DNA from: a virus
Lineage: Duplodnaviria > Caudoviricetes
IMG/VR virus record: IMGVR_UViG_3300012853_000040
Coordinates: 1-53,311 of that record
Length of the DNA: 53,311 bases
Direction: 5' to 3' (one strand)
Position numbers and translations under genes: made by a program. Each line of letters starts with the position of its first letter. The stretch's first letter is position 1. Below the pieces are notes generated by a model that was not told the origin of the DNA, did no database searches, and worked only from the letters and a program-made list of their open reading frames with translations. This document shows positions 18,207-27,209 of this stretch, in pieces.

Positions 18207-19850
18207 TTGATGGCCCTGACGTTCGTGCCCCCGGACGACCTGAAGCCCAGCACAGACGCCCGTATCGCGGCCGTCTACAACGACATCGCTCTCTACCCCG
18301 ACATTCCGGCCGTTGCTCGGGCCGTGGGCCTGTCGCCGGGCTCGCTACGGAATCGCGTCGGTGCGATCCGGAAGGCCGGCGAGTTGTCGCTGATCGACCG
18401 ATATGCCCTACGCTATACGAAGGTGGGGCATTCCAACGATGCCGGTCCGGTGCGACGCTATCTGCTGACGGCGGCCCAGGACGATACGGACGTCCACAAG
18501 CCCTTCTGGGACAACCTGCTGGCCTATGCCGCCCACCTCGGCGCCGAGGTTCTGGTCGGACCGTTCACCTACAACAAGGCGGTGTTCAGCGACCACGAGA
18601 CGCGCAACGGCTGCTTCCGCCCGGAGGTCGAGCCTTACCTGCGCTGGGACCAGGTCGACCTCGGACCTCTGTTGTTCTGCGCCGAGATGAACACGCTGCC
18701 GACAGCGACCCACCCGCTGTCGAGCCTTGAGCCCTACACAGGCCAGAAATGGGGTGTGTTCCCGCACGCCAAGATCCAGCTCGTGAGCGTGCCCACGACA
18801 GTCGGCAAGCCCGCCAAGCAGATCATGACGACAGGCTGCTGCACCGTGGCCAACTACATCGAGAAGAAGGCCGGCCTCAAAGCGCGCTTTCACCACTGCA
18901 TCGGCGCGACCCTGGTCGAGATCGACGCGAGCGGCCGCCTGTGGTGTCGCCAGATCAACGCGGCCGGCGACGGGTCATTCTACGACCTGGACACCTTGGT
19001 CGACGCCGGCCAGGTCACCCACGGACACAGGGCCGAGGCGATCACCTGGGGCGACATCCACCGCGAGAAGCTGGACCCGGATGTGGCGGACGGCGGCTGG
19101 GGTTTCGATGTCGAGACCGACACTTGCACTCCGCGGCCCGACTCCATGATCGACGCGTTGCGGCCGCGCTATCAGTTCTTCCACGACATCCTGGACTTCG
19201 AGGCCCGCAACCATCACCGCATCCGGGATCACCGGTTCCGATTCCAGATGATCCGAAACGGCACGGATCTGGTGGAAGATGGCATCGCTTCAGTCGCAGC
19301 TTTCCTGTGGGCGACCGAGCGCGATTTCTGCCAGTCGGTCATCATCTACTCGAACCATGACGACGCGCTCGGCCGCTGGTTGGACACCGCCGACTATCGT
19401 GAGGACGCTGCGAACGCGCTCTACTTCCTGCGGCTGCAGTCCGCCCGGTATGAGGCCATGGAGCGCGGCGAGAAGAGGTTCAACGTCTTCCGGCACGCGC
19501 TGGCGCAAGTACACCCGCGCAAACTGGCCGGCATCGAGTTCATCGATGACGACCAGAGCTTCGTCATCTGCCAGGCGTCGGGCGGCATCGAGTGCGCCCT
19601 TCATGGCCACCTCGGTATCAACGGCGCCCGCGGCAATGCGGTGCAGTTCACCAAGACGGCCATGAAGATCAACAAGGGGCACGACCACAGCCCGTCGATC
19701 CATGCCGGCGTATACACGTCCGGCCTCTCGGGTCTGCTTGACCAGGGCTATAACAAAGGTCTGTCCGGCTGGGCTCACACGCACATCCTGACCTACTCCA
19801 ACGGCAAGCGCACGTTGGTGACCATGGTCGACGGCCGCTGGCGTGCCTAA
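18207..19850 (+). CDS. Calcineurin-like metallophosphoesterase with N-terminal HTH
   Basis: GDIH, HD, SNHD, HGH, GHDH motifs; VARAVGLSPGSLRNR HTH. Confidence 0.7.
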   Translation: MMALTFVPPDDLKPSTDARIAAVYNDIALYPDIPAVARAVGLSPGSLRNRVGAIRKAGELSLIDRYALRYTKVGHSNDAGPVRRYLLTAAQDDTDVHKPFWDNLLAYAAHLGAEVLVGPFTYNKAVFSDHETRNGCFRPEVEPYLRWDQVDLGPLLFCAEMNTLPTATHPLSSLEPYTGQKWGVFPHAKIQLVSVPTTVGKPAKQIMTTGCCTVANYIEKKAGLKARFHHCIGATLVEIDASGRLWCRQINAAGDGSFYDLDTLVDAGQVTHGHRAEAITWGDIHREKLDPDVADGGWGFDVETDTCTPRPDSMIDALRPRYQFFHDILDFEARNHHRIRDHRFRFQMIRNGTDLVEDGIASVAAFLWATERDFCQSVIIYSNHDDALGRWLDTADYREDAANALYFLRLQSARYEAMERGEKRFNVFRHALAQVHPRKLAGIEFIDDDQSFVICQASGGIECALHGHLGINGARGNAVQFTKTAMKINKGHDHSPSIHAGVYTSGLSGLLDQGYNKGLSGWAHTHILTYSNGKRTLVTMVDGRWRA

Positions 19851-20143
19851 AGGCCGATCAGCTCGATGCCGATGCGGTTGCAGAAGCCGATCTCGACCCC
19901 GCCATACACCCCCTCGGACGTGATGCCGCGCATGACGGCGCCGTAGAGCGTCGGATTGCGGGTTTCGCGCATGTGGGCGAGCAGGGCGTCCGCGTATGCG
20001 CGCCCTCTGGCGCACTGCACCTCATATTCTCCGGTGCGGTCCGGCGCCCAGAACGAGGTTGTCGCACCATCGCGATGAACGAAGGGCAGCGGGTGGGCCG
20101 GCTCGATGACCGAGGCGGGTGCGGCGGTGATGACGTCTTGCAT
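19847..20143 (-). CDS. Hypothetical protein
   Basis: 98 aa; GGGGA SD; AT-rich upstream intergenic region. Confidence 0.6.
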   Translation of the reverse strand: MQDVITAAPASVIEPAHPLPFVHRDGATTSFWAPDRTGEYEVQCARGRAYADALLAHMRETRNPTLYGAVMRGITSEGVYGGVEIGFCNRIGIELIGL

Positions 20144-20233
20144 GGTGAAAATCCCCCGTGGGTTGTTTCAACTTGCTACAACACCACATTCAACAAAGCA
20201 ATGACAAAAATCCTGCTTCGAGTTGACTTTCAA

Positions 20234-20929
20234 TCAGGCCAGCGCGGCCTCGAAGGGGTCGGCGGCGGCAGGGCGCACGGCGCCCAAAATCTCAGCAAGA
20301 GGATCACTTTGTGCGAACTTGTCAACCTGATTGCCCCAGGCGTTCCAACCTGGCCGTTGAGTGCGCGCGAACAGTTCAACATAGGGGCCGGCCGCAAGGC
20401 GCTCTATCCGCTCATAGCGCTCGTCCGGTTTGCGGCTGTGCTCGCGCTTCGGCGCGTAGATGATGCGGTCGACGTCGCCCGTCATTTGCCCCCACTCGGT
20501 CTCGATGAGCTGGCGCACCCCGGCGTCGAGGCGGCTGGGCTTACCCCGGCTGAACAGCAGCGAGTACTCGACCTGCTTGCGAACCCACTTGCCCATGCTG
20601 ATCGGGCGCACGGCCGGATCATGTTTGCCGGTCTTCACCCAGACGAAGCCGTCGCTCTTGAAGGTGAAGCCCCAGTGCCGGCCGAGTTCGATCGCCTGGT
20701 CGAGGTGGCTGCCGATCACCCACATATTCAGCAGGCAGTCCTTGGCGGCGAGATCCGCCACCGGCAGCGCCTTCATTTCGTCGAGCGACATTACAGGATA
20801 GGGCGCCTCGGCCGTGCGGTGCGGCGCTGACGCCTTGCCGGCGAAGCTGGTCCACGCCCAGGCGGGATCTGCTTCGATGAAGCCGTAGCCGTTCCGCTGC
20901 AACCCTTGGAAAGGGCCGTCCGGGATCAT
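20234..20929 (-). CDS. MT-A70 family N6-adenine methyltransferase
   Basis: ADPAW (DPPW-like), YP.M, F.W.K, REHSRKP, ELFAR, GW..WGNQ. Confidence 0.92.
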   Translation of the reverse strand: MIPDGPFQGLQRNGYGFIEADPAWAWTSFAGKASAPHRTAEAPYPVMSLDEMKALPVADLAAKDCLLNMWVIGSHLDQAIELGRHWGFTFKSDGFVWVKTGKHDPAVRPISMGKWVRKQVEYSLLFSRGKPSRLDAGVRQLIETEWGQMTGDVDRIIYAPKREHSRKPDERYERIERLAAGPYVELFARTQRPGWNAWGNQVDKFAQSDPLAEILGAVRPAAADPFEAALA

Positions 20930-21189
20930 CCGAGAACCCCGGCCATGGGGTCTTGATCGAGATCGGCCGCGGGGCGCGCCTCGACCTTCGGACGGCCGAT
21001 CTGACGCTTGACGTTCTGCCTGCGGAATCGCTCAACCTCGGCGTTCCAGAACGTCTGCGCCTTGTCGCGCGCCTCGGCCTCGCTGGCGCCGGGGACCAGC
21101 ACAGGCAGAAACTTCCCATCGGTTACGATGCGCGCCAGCCATGCGGAGGCGGGCGGGGCGTCGCTGCTGTACCAGACGCAGATCTTCAT
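20926..21189 (-). CDS. Hypothetical protein, C-terminus DPMAGVLG
   Basis: ATGA-coupled at both ends. Confidence 0.7.
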   Translation of the reverse strand: MKICVWYSSDAPPASAWLARIVTDGKFLPVLVPGASEAEARDKAQTFWNAEVERFRRQNVKRQIGRPKVEARPAADLDQDPMAGVLG

Positions 21190-21539
21190 CCGAACATATC
21201 CGCAAAGGGGTCGACGGAGACGGCGGCTATGGCCTGCTCCAGAGGGGTGGGCGGCAGCGACGGGGCGGCGTCAAGCGCGGCGCCGGCCGCCTTCGCCTCG
21301 TCCACGCCTGCGTTGTGCGGCGTCATGGGGCCGCGCCGCATCGTGTAGGGCACGAGGACATTCCAGATGGCGTCGATCGGATCGTCATGGATCTCGACCG
21401 TCCAGCCGCCGCTGCGGGTGTTCTCGATTGACGCCTGGAAGCGGCCGTCTTTCGTCGGGAAAACGTGCAGTCGCAGCGTTCGGTCAACCCCGAGACGGTG
21501 ACGCACGAAGTCTTCGATGGTGCGAAGGGCGGGCGTCAC
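21186..21539 (-). CDS. Hypothetical protein, C-terminus DPFADMFG
   Basis: Coupled overlaps at both ends. Confidence 0.7.
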   Translation of the reverse strand: MTPALRTIEDFVRHRLGVDRTLRLHVFPTKDGRFQASIENTRSGGWTVEIHDDPIDAIWNVLVPYTMRRGPMTPHNAGVDEAKAAGAALDAAPSLPPTPLEQAIAAVSVDPFADMFG

Positions 21540-21676
21540 AGGGTAAGTTCCGTGCGGCCGCGCTGGACGGCCTGCGTCAGGTCCAGCAGGGCGTTTACGG
21601 TGGTCGTGCGGATCAGCCGATCGCCCTCCCAGACCTCAAGCCGCGTCCCGTTGATCCTGAAGCGCAGGGTGACCAT
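21536..21676 (-). CDS. Putative 46-aa protein
   Basis: MVTLRFRINGTRLEVWEGD...; fills the gap with coupled start and stop. Confidence 0.55.
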   Translation of the reverse strand: MVTLRFRINGTRLEVWEGDRLIRTTTVNALLDLTQAVQRGRTELTL

Positions 21677-22035
21677 CAGATCATGCCCAGCGCCGACAGA
21701 TACAGGTCCAGGATGGCTTCTTCTTCCTGGCGCTTGGCCTTGTCCTGTTTGCGCAGGCGGATGACCTTGCGCAGGATCTTGACGTCATACCCTTCGCCCT
21801 TGGCCTCGGCGTAGACCTCCTTCATGTCGACCATGACGGCCTGCTTGTCCTCTTCGAGGCGTTCAAGGCGATCGATGATCGTGGTGAGGCGACCCTGCGC
21901 CGAGGCGGTCAGGACGTCGGGGCTTGCGTCGAATGAGGCGTCGTCGGCCATGTCGGTTCTCGCGTTGGGTTTGCCGGGATCGCCGGGGCCGCGCGGGCTC
22001 CCGTCGCCGAGTTGGTCATCAAAGGGATCAGCCAT
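21676..22035 (-). CDS. gapR: GapR (DUF2312) nucleoid protein with 28-aa N-terminal extension
   Basis: AQG.L..II.R.ERLEE.K...KEVYAEAKG.G.DVK.LRK..R.RKQD..KRQEE.AILDLYLSA.G matches Caulobacter GapR as I recall it. Confidence 0.92.
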   Translation of the reverse strand: MADPFDDQLGDGSPRGPGDPGKPNARTDMADDASFDASPDVLTASAQGRLTTIIDRLERLEEDKQAVMVDMKEVYAEAKGEGYDVKILRKVIRLRKQDKAKRQEEEAILDLYLSALGMI

Positions 22036-22132
22036 GCAGATAGACCTCGTTGCTGAAGCTGTGCTCAGGCCAGAAAATCGCGAAAAGGACGGCGGCCGGA
22101 GCGAAAGCGATGACAGCGCTGATGGTGAACAT
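22028..22132 (-). CDS. Putative 34-aa membrane peptide
   Basis: MFTISAVIAFAPAAVLFAIFW...; AGGA SD upstream. Confidence 0.4.
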   Translation of the reverse strand: MFTISAVIAFAPAAVLFAIFWPEHSFSNEVYLHG

Positions 22133-22195
22133 GGGCTGTGGTCCTGCGTGTTGCAGAGTCACCATAAAGTTGAACCACAGCCCATGCAAGGGTGA

Positions 22196-24178
22196 TTATC
22201 GGACCGGGCAGGCGCCGGTCGCGCAACCGCCGCCGTCCTCGACGTCACCCGCGCCATCGGTGTCCAAGTTCACCGGCAGCAGTGTGGCAGCGTAGGCGTC
22301 GAACACCTCCTGGGTGACGACCTCCTGGGGCAGGTAGAGGTAGCCGAGGTCGGCGGCTGTCTTGGTCGGGTCGTTCCGATACATGAACGAGACGCCGACG
22401 TAGTGTTCCCAGTTCTGGATCAGCCAGTCGATGATGGCCGGGACCTCGTCGGGCGAGTAGGACACCGTGATCGAGCAGTTGTGATCGACGTAGTTGTCCA
22501 TCCAGAGCTTGTAGCGCTCCAACTGCGAGACGGCGGATTCCAGATTAACATGCTTGCCGTCGACCACGTCGAACTCGACGTTCTCATAGGCGACCGGGAA
22601 GGTGACCAGGACCGCCGTGTTGTCGGTCGGGTTGTCGAATACCCGATAGCCGGCGTCGCGCAGCTTCTGGACGACCGGGTCGAACTTCGAGAAGTTGACG
22701 TTGTTGAAGATGTAGCGGCCGAGCGGCTTATGGATGCCCTCGGTGGTGTCCATGATCTTCGATAGGGTGCCGGACGGCTTGATCGTGGTCGTCGCCTTCG
22801 GCCGCGGCAAGCCCAGCTCGTCGGCCATGTCGTTGGAACCCTGACGCGCCCATTGCGCCAGCTCCTGAATGCGACGCTCGTCCTGATGGTAATCCCAGCC
22901 GACGATGCCGGTGCAGCCGGCGCCGCACAGGCGCAGGAAGTTGTTCAGTTCGTGCCAGGAGGCCTGCAGCACCTCGTCGCGCAGGTCGACGCAGGTCTGG
23001 CGGTAGTTGGCGCGAGCCGCTGTTTCCATGGCCCGCAGCAGGCCGTCGAAGTCGCCGTTGAACTTGGCCAAGTCCACCTCGATCAGGTTGCAGAACGACT
23101 TGTCGCCCAGCAGGATCTCGGCGCACGGATTGCAGCCCTTGAACCACGGCGCCCGCTTGGCGGCGGCCTGGGCGTTGATGAAGCCCGGCTCGGAGCCGCC
23201 AGCCCGCTCCATGATCTGGAAGACGTAGGCCAGTTCGTATTTCGACGGCCGGGTGTAGAACATCAGCGAGTTGTTGGACTGCTGGCGCTGGGGATTGCCC
23301 TCTGGGCGGTTCTCCTGAGCCTCCCACCAGTTGCGCTTGGCGACGGCGAAGGCCTCGGCCTCGGGGTCCGCCCAGGGCACCAGCGCGATCTCGGCGGAGC
23401 GACGCGACGACAGAGTCGTGCCGAGGTGGTTCAGGATGTCCAGGATGTCGATGCGCGTCAGCAGTTCACCCGCGCGCTCATTCATGATCCGGGCGATGCG
23501 CTCCAGCGCGTGGGCGAACGGCTCCCAGCCGCTGCTGATCCAGCCGTAGCCCTTCAGGCGTTGGCCGGCCGGGCGGATCTCGCTGTAGTCGAGAACCAGA
23601 GTGTGGGCCGTGGTCTTGTTGGCCATGACCTTCGCCGCCGCCTTCGCCCAGGCCATGGCGCTGTCGCCGACGCGGATGGTCCAGACGCCGTTCTCCACGG
23701 TCTCGACGTTGGTTTCGCATCCGCCCTTGTCGGTGCGCGTGCTGCCGACGACCTTGATTTCCTTGGGCGTGGTGAAGCCGTTCAGAATGCCGGGGATCGG
23801 CTCGAAGCCGACGCCGCAGCCCTGCAGCAGCAGCCAGAAGGCGTCGGCCACGTCGCTGACCGTCTGGACGCGCAGGAAGCTGCAGTTGAACTGGCTGGCC
23901 TCGCGCGTCTTGGCGATAGTCGTGCCGCCAAGCCACAGGGTGCGGCCAGAGGTGGTGACCTTGCGCGCCAACATCAGCGCGCGGAGTTCGTCGAGTTCGC
24001 GTTCCTGAGAGGAGGACAGGGTGTCGTGCTGCGCGCGCTCCCAAAGCCAGCGCTGGTGACCGATGACCCGGTCGACGGTCTGCTCCCAGGTCTCGAAGAT
24101 GGTGCCGTCGTCGTTCAGGGGACGGTTGTAGGTGCGCCGGGCGATGACCTCGGCGCGGGTGGAGAAGGTCGGAGTCAC
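22196..24178 (-). CDS. nrdJ: Class II (B12-dependent) ribonucleotide reductase, monomeric type
   Basis: FNCSF, NPCAEI, TIKPSGT, C-terminal CATGACPVR; no beta-subunit gene nearby. Confidence 0.92.
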   Translation of the reverse strand: MTPTFSTRAEVIARRTYNRPLNDDGTIFETWEQTVDRVIGHQRWLWERAQHDTLSSSQERELDELRALMLARKVTTSGRTLWLGGTTIAKTREASQFNCSFLRVQTVSDVADAFWLLLQGCGVGFEPIPGILNGFTTPKEIKVVGSTRTDKGGCETNVETVENGVWTIRVGDSAMAWAKAAAKVMANKTTAHTLVLDYSEIRPAGQRLKGYGWISSGWEPFAHALERIARIMNERAGELLTRIDILDILNHLGTTLSSRRSAEIALVPWADPEAEAFAVAKRNWWEAQENRPEGNPQRQQSNNSLMFYTRPSKYELAYVFQIMERAGGSEPGFINAQAAAKRAPWFKGCNPCAEILLGDKSFCNLIEVDLAKFNGDFDGLLRAMETAARANYRQTCVDLRDEVLQASWHELNNFLRLCGAGCTGIVGWDYHQDERRIQELAQWARQGSNDMADELGLPRPKATTTIKPSGTLSKIMDTTEGIHKPLGRYIFNNVNFSKFDPVVQKLRDAGYRVFDNPTDNTAVLVTFPVAYENVEFDVVDGKHVNLESAVSQLERYKLWMDNYVDHNCSITVSYSPDEVPAIIDWLIQNWEHYVGVSFMYRNDPTKTAADLGYLYLPQEVVTQEVFDAYAATLLPVNLDTDGAGDVEDGGGCATGACPVR

Positions 24179-24228
24179 GGGTGCTGGTCCCCAGGTTGGA
24201 GGTGATTGGTCACGAAAATGGTGAAACG

Positions 24229-24849
24229 TCAGGCGTAGCCGATCGGGCGCATGGCTTCAAGGGCCATGATCTCGTCGATCTCGGCGTAGAGATGGTCGAG
24301 CGACCCGTCGTTGTGGATGACGTAGTTCGGTGCCAGACGGTCGGTGCGCTCGCTGTCGTGGACGCCCCACATGATCCGGAACCAGCGATACAGCAGCCGG
24401 CCGAACGCGCCCCATTTGTAGGCGATCGGATGCGTGCCGCGGCGCCGGATGAGGATGGTGAAGCCGGTGTTGAACTGGACGGCCATCTCCTCGTTCGGGA
24501 AACGCACGCTGTCGTTCATCACCCGGTCAAACGGACGCACGCCACGGCGCCAGGTGCGAGCCCAGATATCCGGATGCACCTGCTCGCGGCCCCAGCCGGT
24601 GCCCAGGCTGATCTGCAGTTCGCGCGATGTGCGGCCGATCTCGGGGATCAGCGACTCCTTTAGGTCGCCGGTCAGGTAGCGCGGGATCATGTCCTCGGGC
24701 ACCTGGTTGGCGCGCAGCAGGACGGCCAACATCTCGCGCAGGGGCTCAGCGATGTGCTGGCGCCGGACGCCGTACTTCGCCTCGATGTAGTTGGCGGCGG
24801 TGGTTTTCCCCGACTGGGCGTAGCCGGACAGGCCGATGGCGATGGTCAT
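24229..24849 (-). CDS. Deoxynucleoside monophosphate kinase
   Basis: IGLSG.AQSGKT P-loop; R.LQ..LGT.WGR; D.VRF.NE; H.SE. Confidence 0.88.
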   Translation of the reverse strand: MTIAIGLSGYAQSGKTTAANYIEAKYGVRRQHIAEPLREMLAVLLRANQVPEDMIPRYLTGDLKESLIPEIGRTSRELQISLGTGWGREQVHPDIWARTWRRGVRPFDRVMNDSVRFPNEEMAVQFNTGFTILIRRRGTHPIAYKWGAFGRLLYRWFRIMWGVHDSERTDRLAPNYVIHNDGSLDHLYAEIDEIMALEAMRPIGYA

Positions 24850-25538
24850 TGCGAGGTCTCCGACCCGGCTTCATGGAACGGCGCAAGAGGGTCGGGCTTT
24901 GCCTCGGGCCACCATAGGCCTGACGCACAGCGAGGTGAGTGGCCGACGACGACCATGCTCTGCGAGTTCACGTCCCATTCCAGGTACTCGACTTCCCCGG
25001 CGCCGTAGGAACGCAAGAAATCGTGCGCGGCCTTCAGCGCGCGACCCCGCGTGTCGTAGTTGCTCTCATCCTGTAGCGTATAGGCGCGCTCGGCGGCCTT
25101 GACCTTCTGATCGAACACCGCTTCGGGCCAGTCGTAATAGTCGCCGTACTGACGATGCTGGACGCGAATGGAGACAGGGGAGTCGCCCGCGTCGATGTGG
25201 ATGTCCCAGCGGTCGTCGCGGACGCCGCACGTTGACTTGCACAGGTCTAGGCGGTGGTAGGGCGGCGCATTGACCCTCTGGACCGAGCCAACGATACCGC
25301 GCCCGGTCGCAACCGCGTTCGCGCGCCAGATCTGCTCCTGCAGGTCGGGAAAATGCGCCAGCAGGGCGTCACGAACATTGGCGTTTCCGCGATGCTCATC
25401 GACCACGTCGCGGACGGCCGAGTAGAGCATCGTCATGCCCGTCTGCTGCAGCGACGCCGGGCGCGATTCATGCTCGGCGTGCCAAATGGCCAGTTGGGCG
25501 AGCAGTTCGCCGGGGGTGTTGGGCGCCGTGGTGGTCAT
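24846..25538 (-). CDS. Hypothetical protein
   Basis: ORF 24846-25586; start uncertain (MTTT at 25538 used). Confidence 0.55.
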   Translation of the reverse strand: MTTTAPNTPGELLAQLAIWHAEHESRPASLQQTGMTMLYSAVRDVVDEHRGNANVRDALLAHFPDLQEQIWRANAVATGRGIVGSVQRVNAPPYHRLDLCKSTCGVRDDRWDIHIDAGDSPVSIRVQHRQYGDYYDWPEAVFDQKVKAAERAYTLQDESNYDTRGRALKAAHDFLRSYGAGEVEYLEWDVNSQSMVVVGHSPRCASGLWWPEAKPDPLAPFHEAGSETSQ

Positions 25539-25613
25539 GTTTCGGATTTCCAGATTCGTTGCAGAGGTCGCAGCCTTCGGGTCCATCGCCGCGGGTGACG
25601 CAGATGCAGGTCA

Positions 25614-26141
25614 TCAGTCGCAACCCCGACCGACGACGTTCTCGCCGTTGCTGGTGTCGACGAAGTCTTCCCAGAACCGCCAGCCCTTCGGACACCAGAA
25701 GCCCCAGCGCCGAACGCGGGGGCCAGTGATGAACAAGGTCCAGACGGGCTGCTCGCGCCCGGCGGGCGTCTTCAGCAAGGCCACCCGGTGCGCGGCCTTC
25801 GCGCCGCGGAGCACCACGGCGCCCTCTCGACGGCGAATCCGGGTGTGCAGGTGCGGGTGGCGAAGGACGTAGGTCCGATCGAAACGGTCGGTGTCGTGCT
25901 CGCCCGGCACTGCCTCGTCGTACTCGCCGACCAGCAGCCAGGACAAGTTGACCCAGGGGTGGTCGTGCAGCGCGCGGTCGTCGTCGGAGCGCAGGAAGTT
26001 GTGCAGGTAGATGTTGAAGAACCGGTTGCGCGGGATCAGATGCCAACGCAGCAGATAGGGGTTGTCCGATCCGCCAATGATGACGTCGGGATTCCTGGTC
26101 GGCAGCAGCCAGTGTCGGACGCGATGGGTGAAGGTCGTCAT
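25614..26141 (-). CDS. Phage cupin-like protein
   Basis: PYL.RW.L.PRN..FN.YLH.F.RSD.DR.LHDHPW...Y.E...H.V; WTLFITG...R.WGF. Confidence 0.75.
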   Translation of the reverse strand: MTTFTHRVRHWLLPTRNPDVIIGGSDNPYLLRWHLIPRNRFFNIYLHNFLRSDDDRALHDHPWVNLSWLLVGEYDEAVPGEHDTDRFDRTYVLRHPHLHTRIRRREGAVVLRGAKAAHRVALLKTPAGREQPVWTLFITGPRVRRWGFWCPKGWRFWEDFVDTSNGENVVGRGCD

Positions 26142-26617
26142 CCCAGCACCCCCGCCATCGGGTCCTCGACCACAGGCGCCAGCAGCGCAGCCCGGCGCTC
26201 CTGCAGCCGCGCGACCATGCCGTCCAGAACGTCGGGATCGGATATGTCCTCCAGGTCAGCGGCGGCGCAGATCGCCGCCTCGGCACTGACGACCGTGCCG
26301 GCGGTGCGTTGCGAGCGAGCGCACGCAGGGCAGGCGTCGGGAGACGGCGGGGGATTGCCGACGTGGGCCGTGGCGGGAAGACCAAGATGGTGGAGCATCG
26401 AGTCCACCGCGTCATCGTCGTCGGGGATCTCGACATAGCGCTGCACCGTGACGGGCGGAGCATCGCCCGGTCGCACGTCGAAGGTGTTGAGAAAGGCGAG
26501 CAGGCCGGGCTTGTCGGTTGGGACCTCGAACTGCTCGAAGTCCTTGCCGCCCTGGGCCTGGCGCGCGTCAGATTGGGTGCTGGTCCAGATCCGACCCAGG
26601 GAGCGGTAGAGTTTCAT
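26138..26617 (-). CDS. Hypothetical protein, C-terminus DPMAGVLG
   Basis: W..TQ.DA..EVPTDKPGLL.FLN; CPAC; coupled at both ends. Confidence 0.7.
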   Translation of the reverse strand: MKLYRSLGRIWTSTQSDARQAQGGKDFEQFEVPTDKPGLLAFLNTFDVRPGDAPPVTVQRYVEIPDDDDAVDSMLHHLGLPATAHVGNPPPSPDACPACARSQRTAGTVVSAEAAICAAADLEDISDPDVLDGMVARLQERRAALLAPVVEDPMAGVLG

Positions 26618-26892
26618 CAGGCTGCCTCGTAATCGGGGTCGGCGTGCGGTTGCCAGCCGTCGTCTGCGGCGTCATCGAACTCGCGATCCAGCACCGCATC
26701 GGCGCCGCGACCGTAGGGGAAGCGGATCAGCGGGGTGTAGCCGGCGGCGCGGGCGTCCTCGTCTCGCGGCCTGTCGGCGGTGGCGAGGCACTGCAGGCCG
26801 CAGACCGGCGGCTCGGGGTCACCGATGTCCCACTGCGTGGCGCAGGGGCCGCAGACCATCTGGTCGTTCTGGCGGCGGGCGGCGCAAGTCAT
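26617..26892 (-). CDS. Small Cys-rich protein
   Basis: Start re-called at ATG 26892; C......DQM.C..C..QWD..D...P.C. Confidence 0.6.
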   Translation of the reverse strand: MTCAARRQNDQMVCGPCATQWDIGDPEPPVCGLQCLATADRPRDEDARAAGYTPLIRFPYGRGADAVLDREFDDAADDGWQPHADPDYEAA

Positions 26893-27209
26893 CGGATGCC
26901 CAGCGCCCCGCGGATCTCGGCAGCCCGCTTCTCGTAACCGATCTCGCCGGCTGTCTGGGCCATCGTGTAGGCCCGCGCGATAAAGTCTACGCAGGCCAGC
27001 GCCGAGACGTGGCCGTCCACGCGCAAGATGCTGGACTCCGACCACAGGGCATCACCGTCCAGGGCGCGGACAAGGGTGTGTCCTCTCTCGCCGACGTCGT
27101 GGGAGGGGCACCATAGGACGCTGAAGCGCCGGCCGCTGTACGTCGCTATGAAGCGACGATAGCCGGGGCGGTCGTCGGCGACTTCTTCGATTTCGGGACG
27201 AGGGCTCAC
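26889..27209 (-). CDS. Hypothetical protein
   Basis: GTG 27209 with GGAGGT SD, coupled to the thyA stop. Confidence 0.6.
   Translation of the reverse strand: MSPRPEIEEVADDRPGYRRFIATYSGRRFSVLWCPSHDVGERGHTLVRALDGDALWSESSILRVDGHVSALACVDFIARAYTMAQTAGEIGYEKRAAEIRGALGIR

Noticed and set aside
22196-24178. Intein or intron in nrdJ or the polymerase
   Set aside because: Lengths and motif spacing look uninterrupted; no splice-junction motifs noticed
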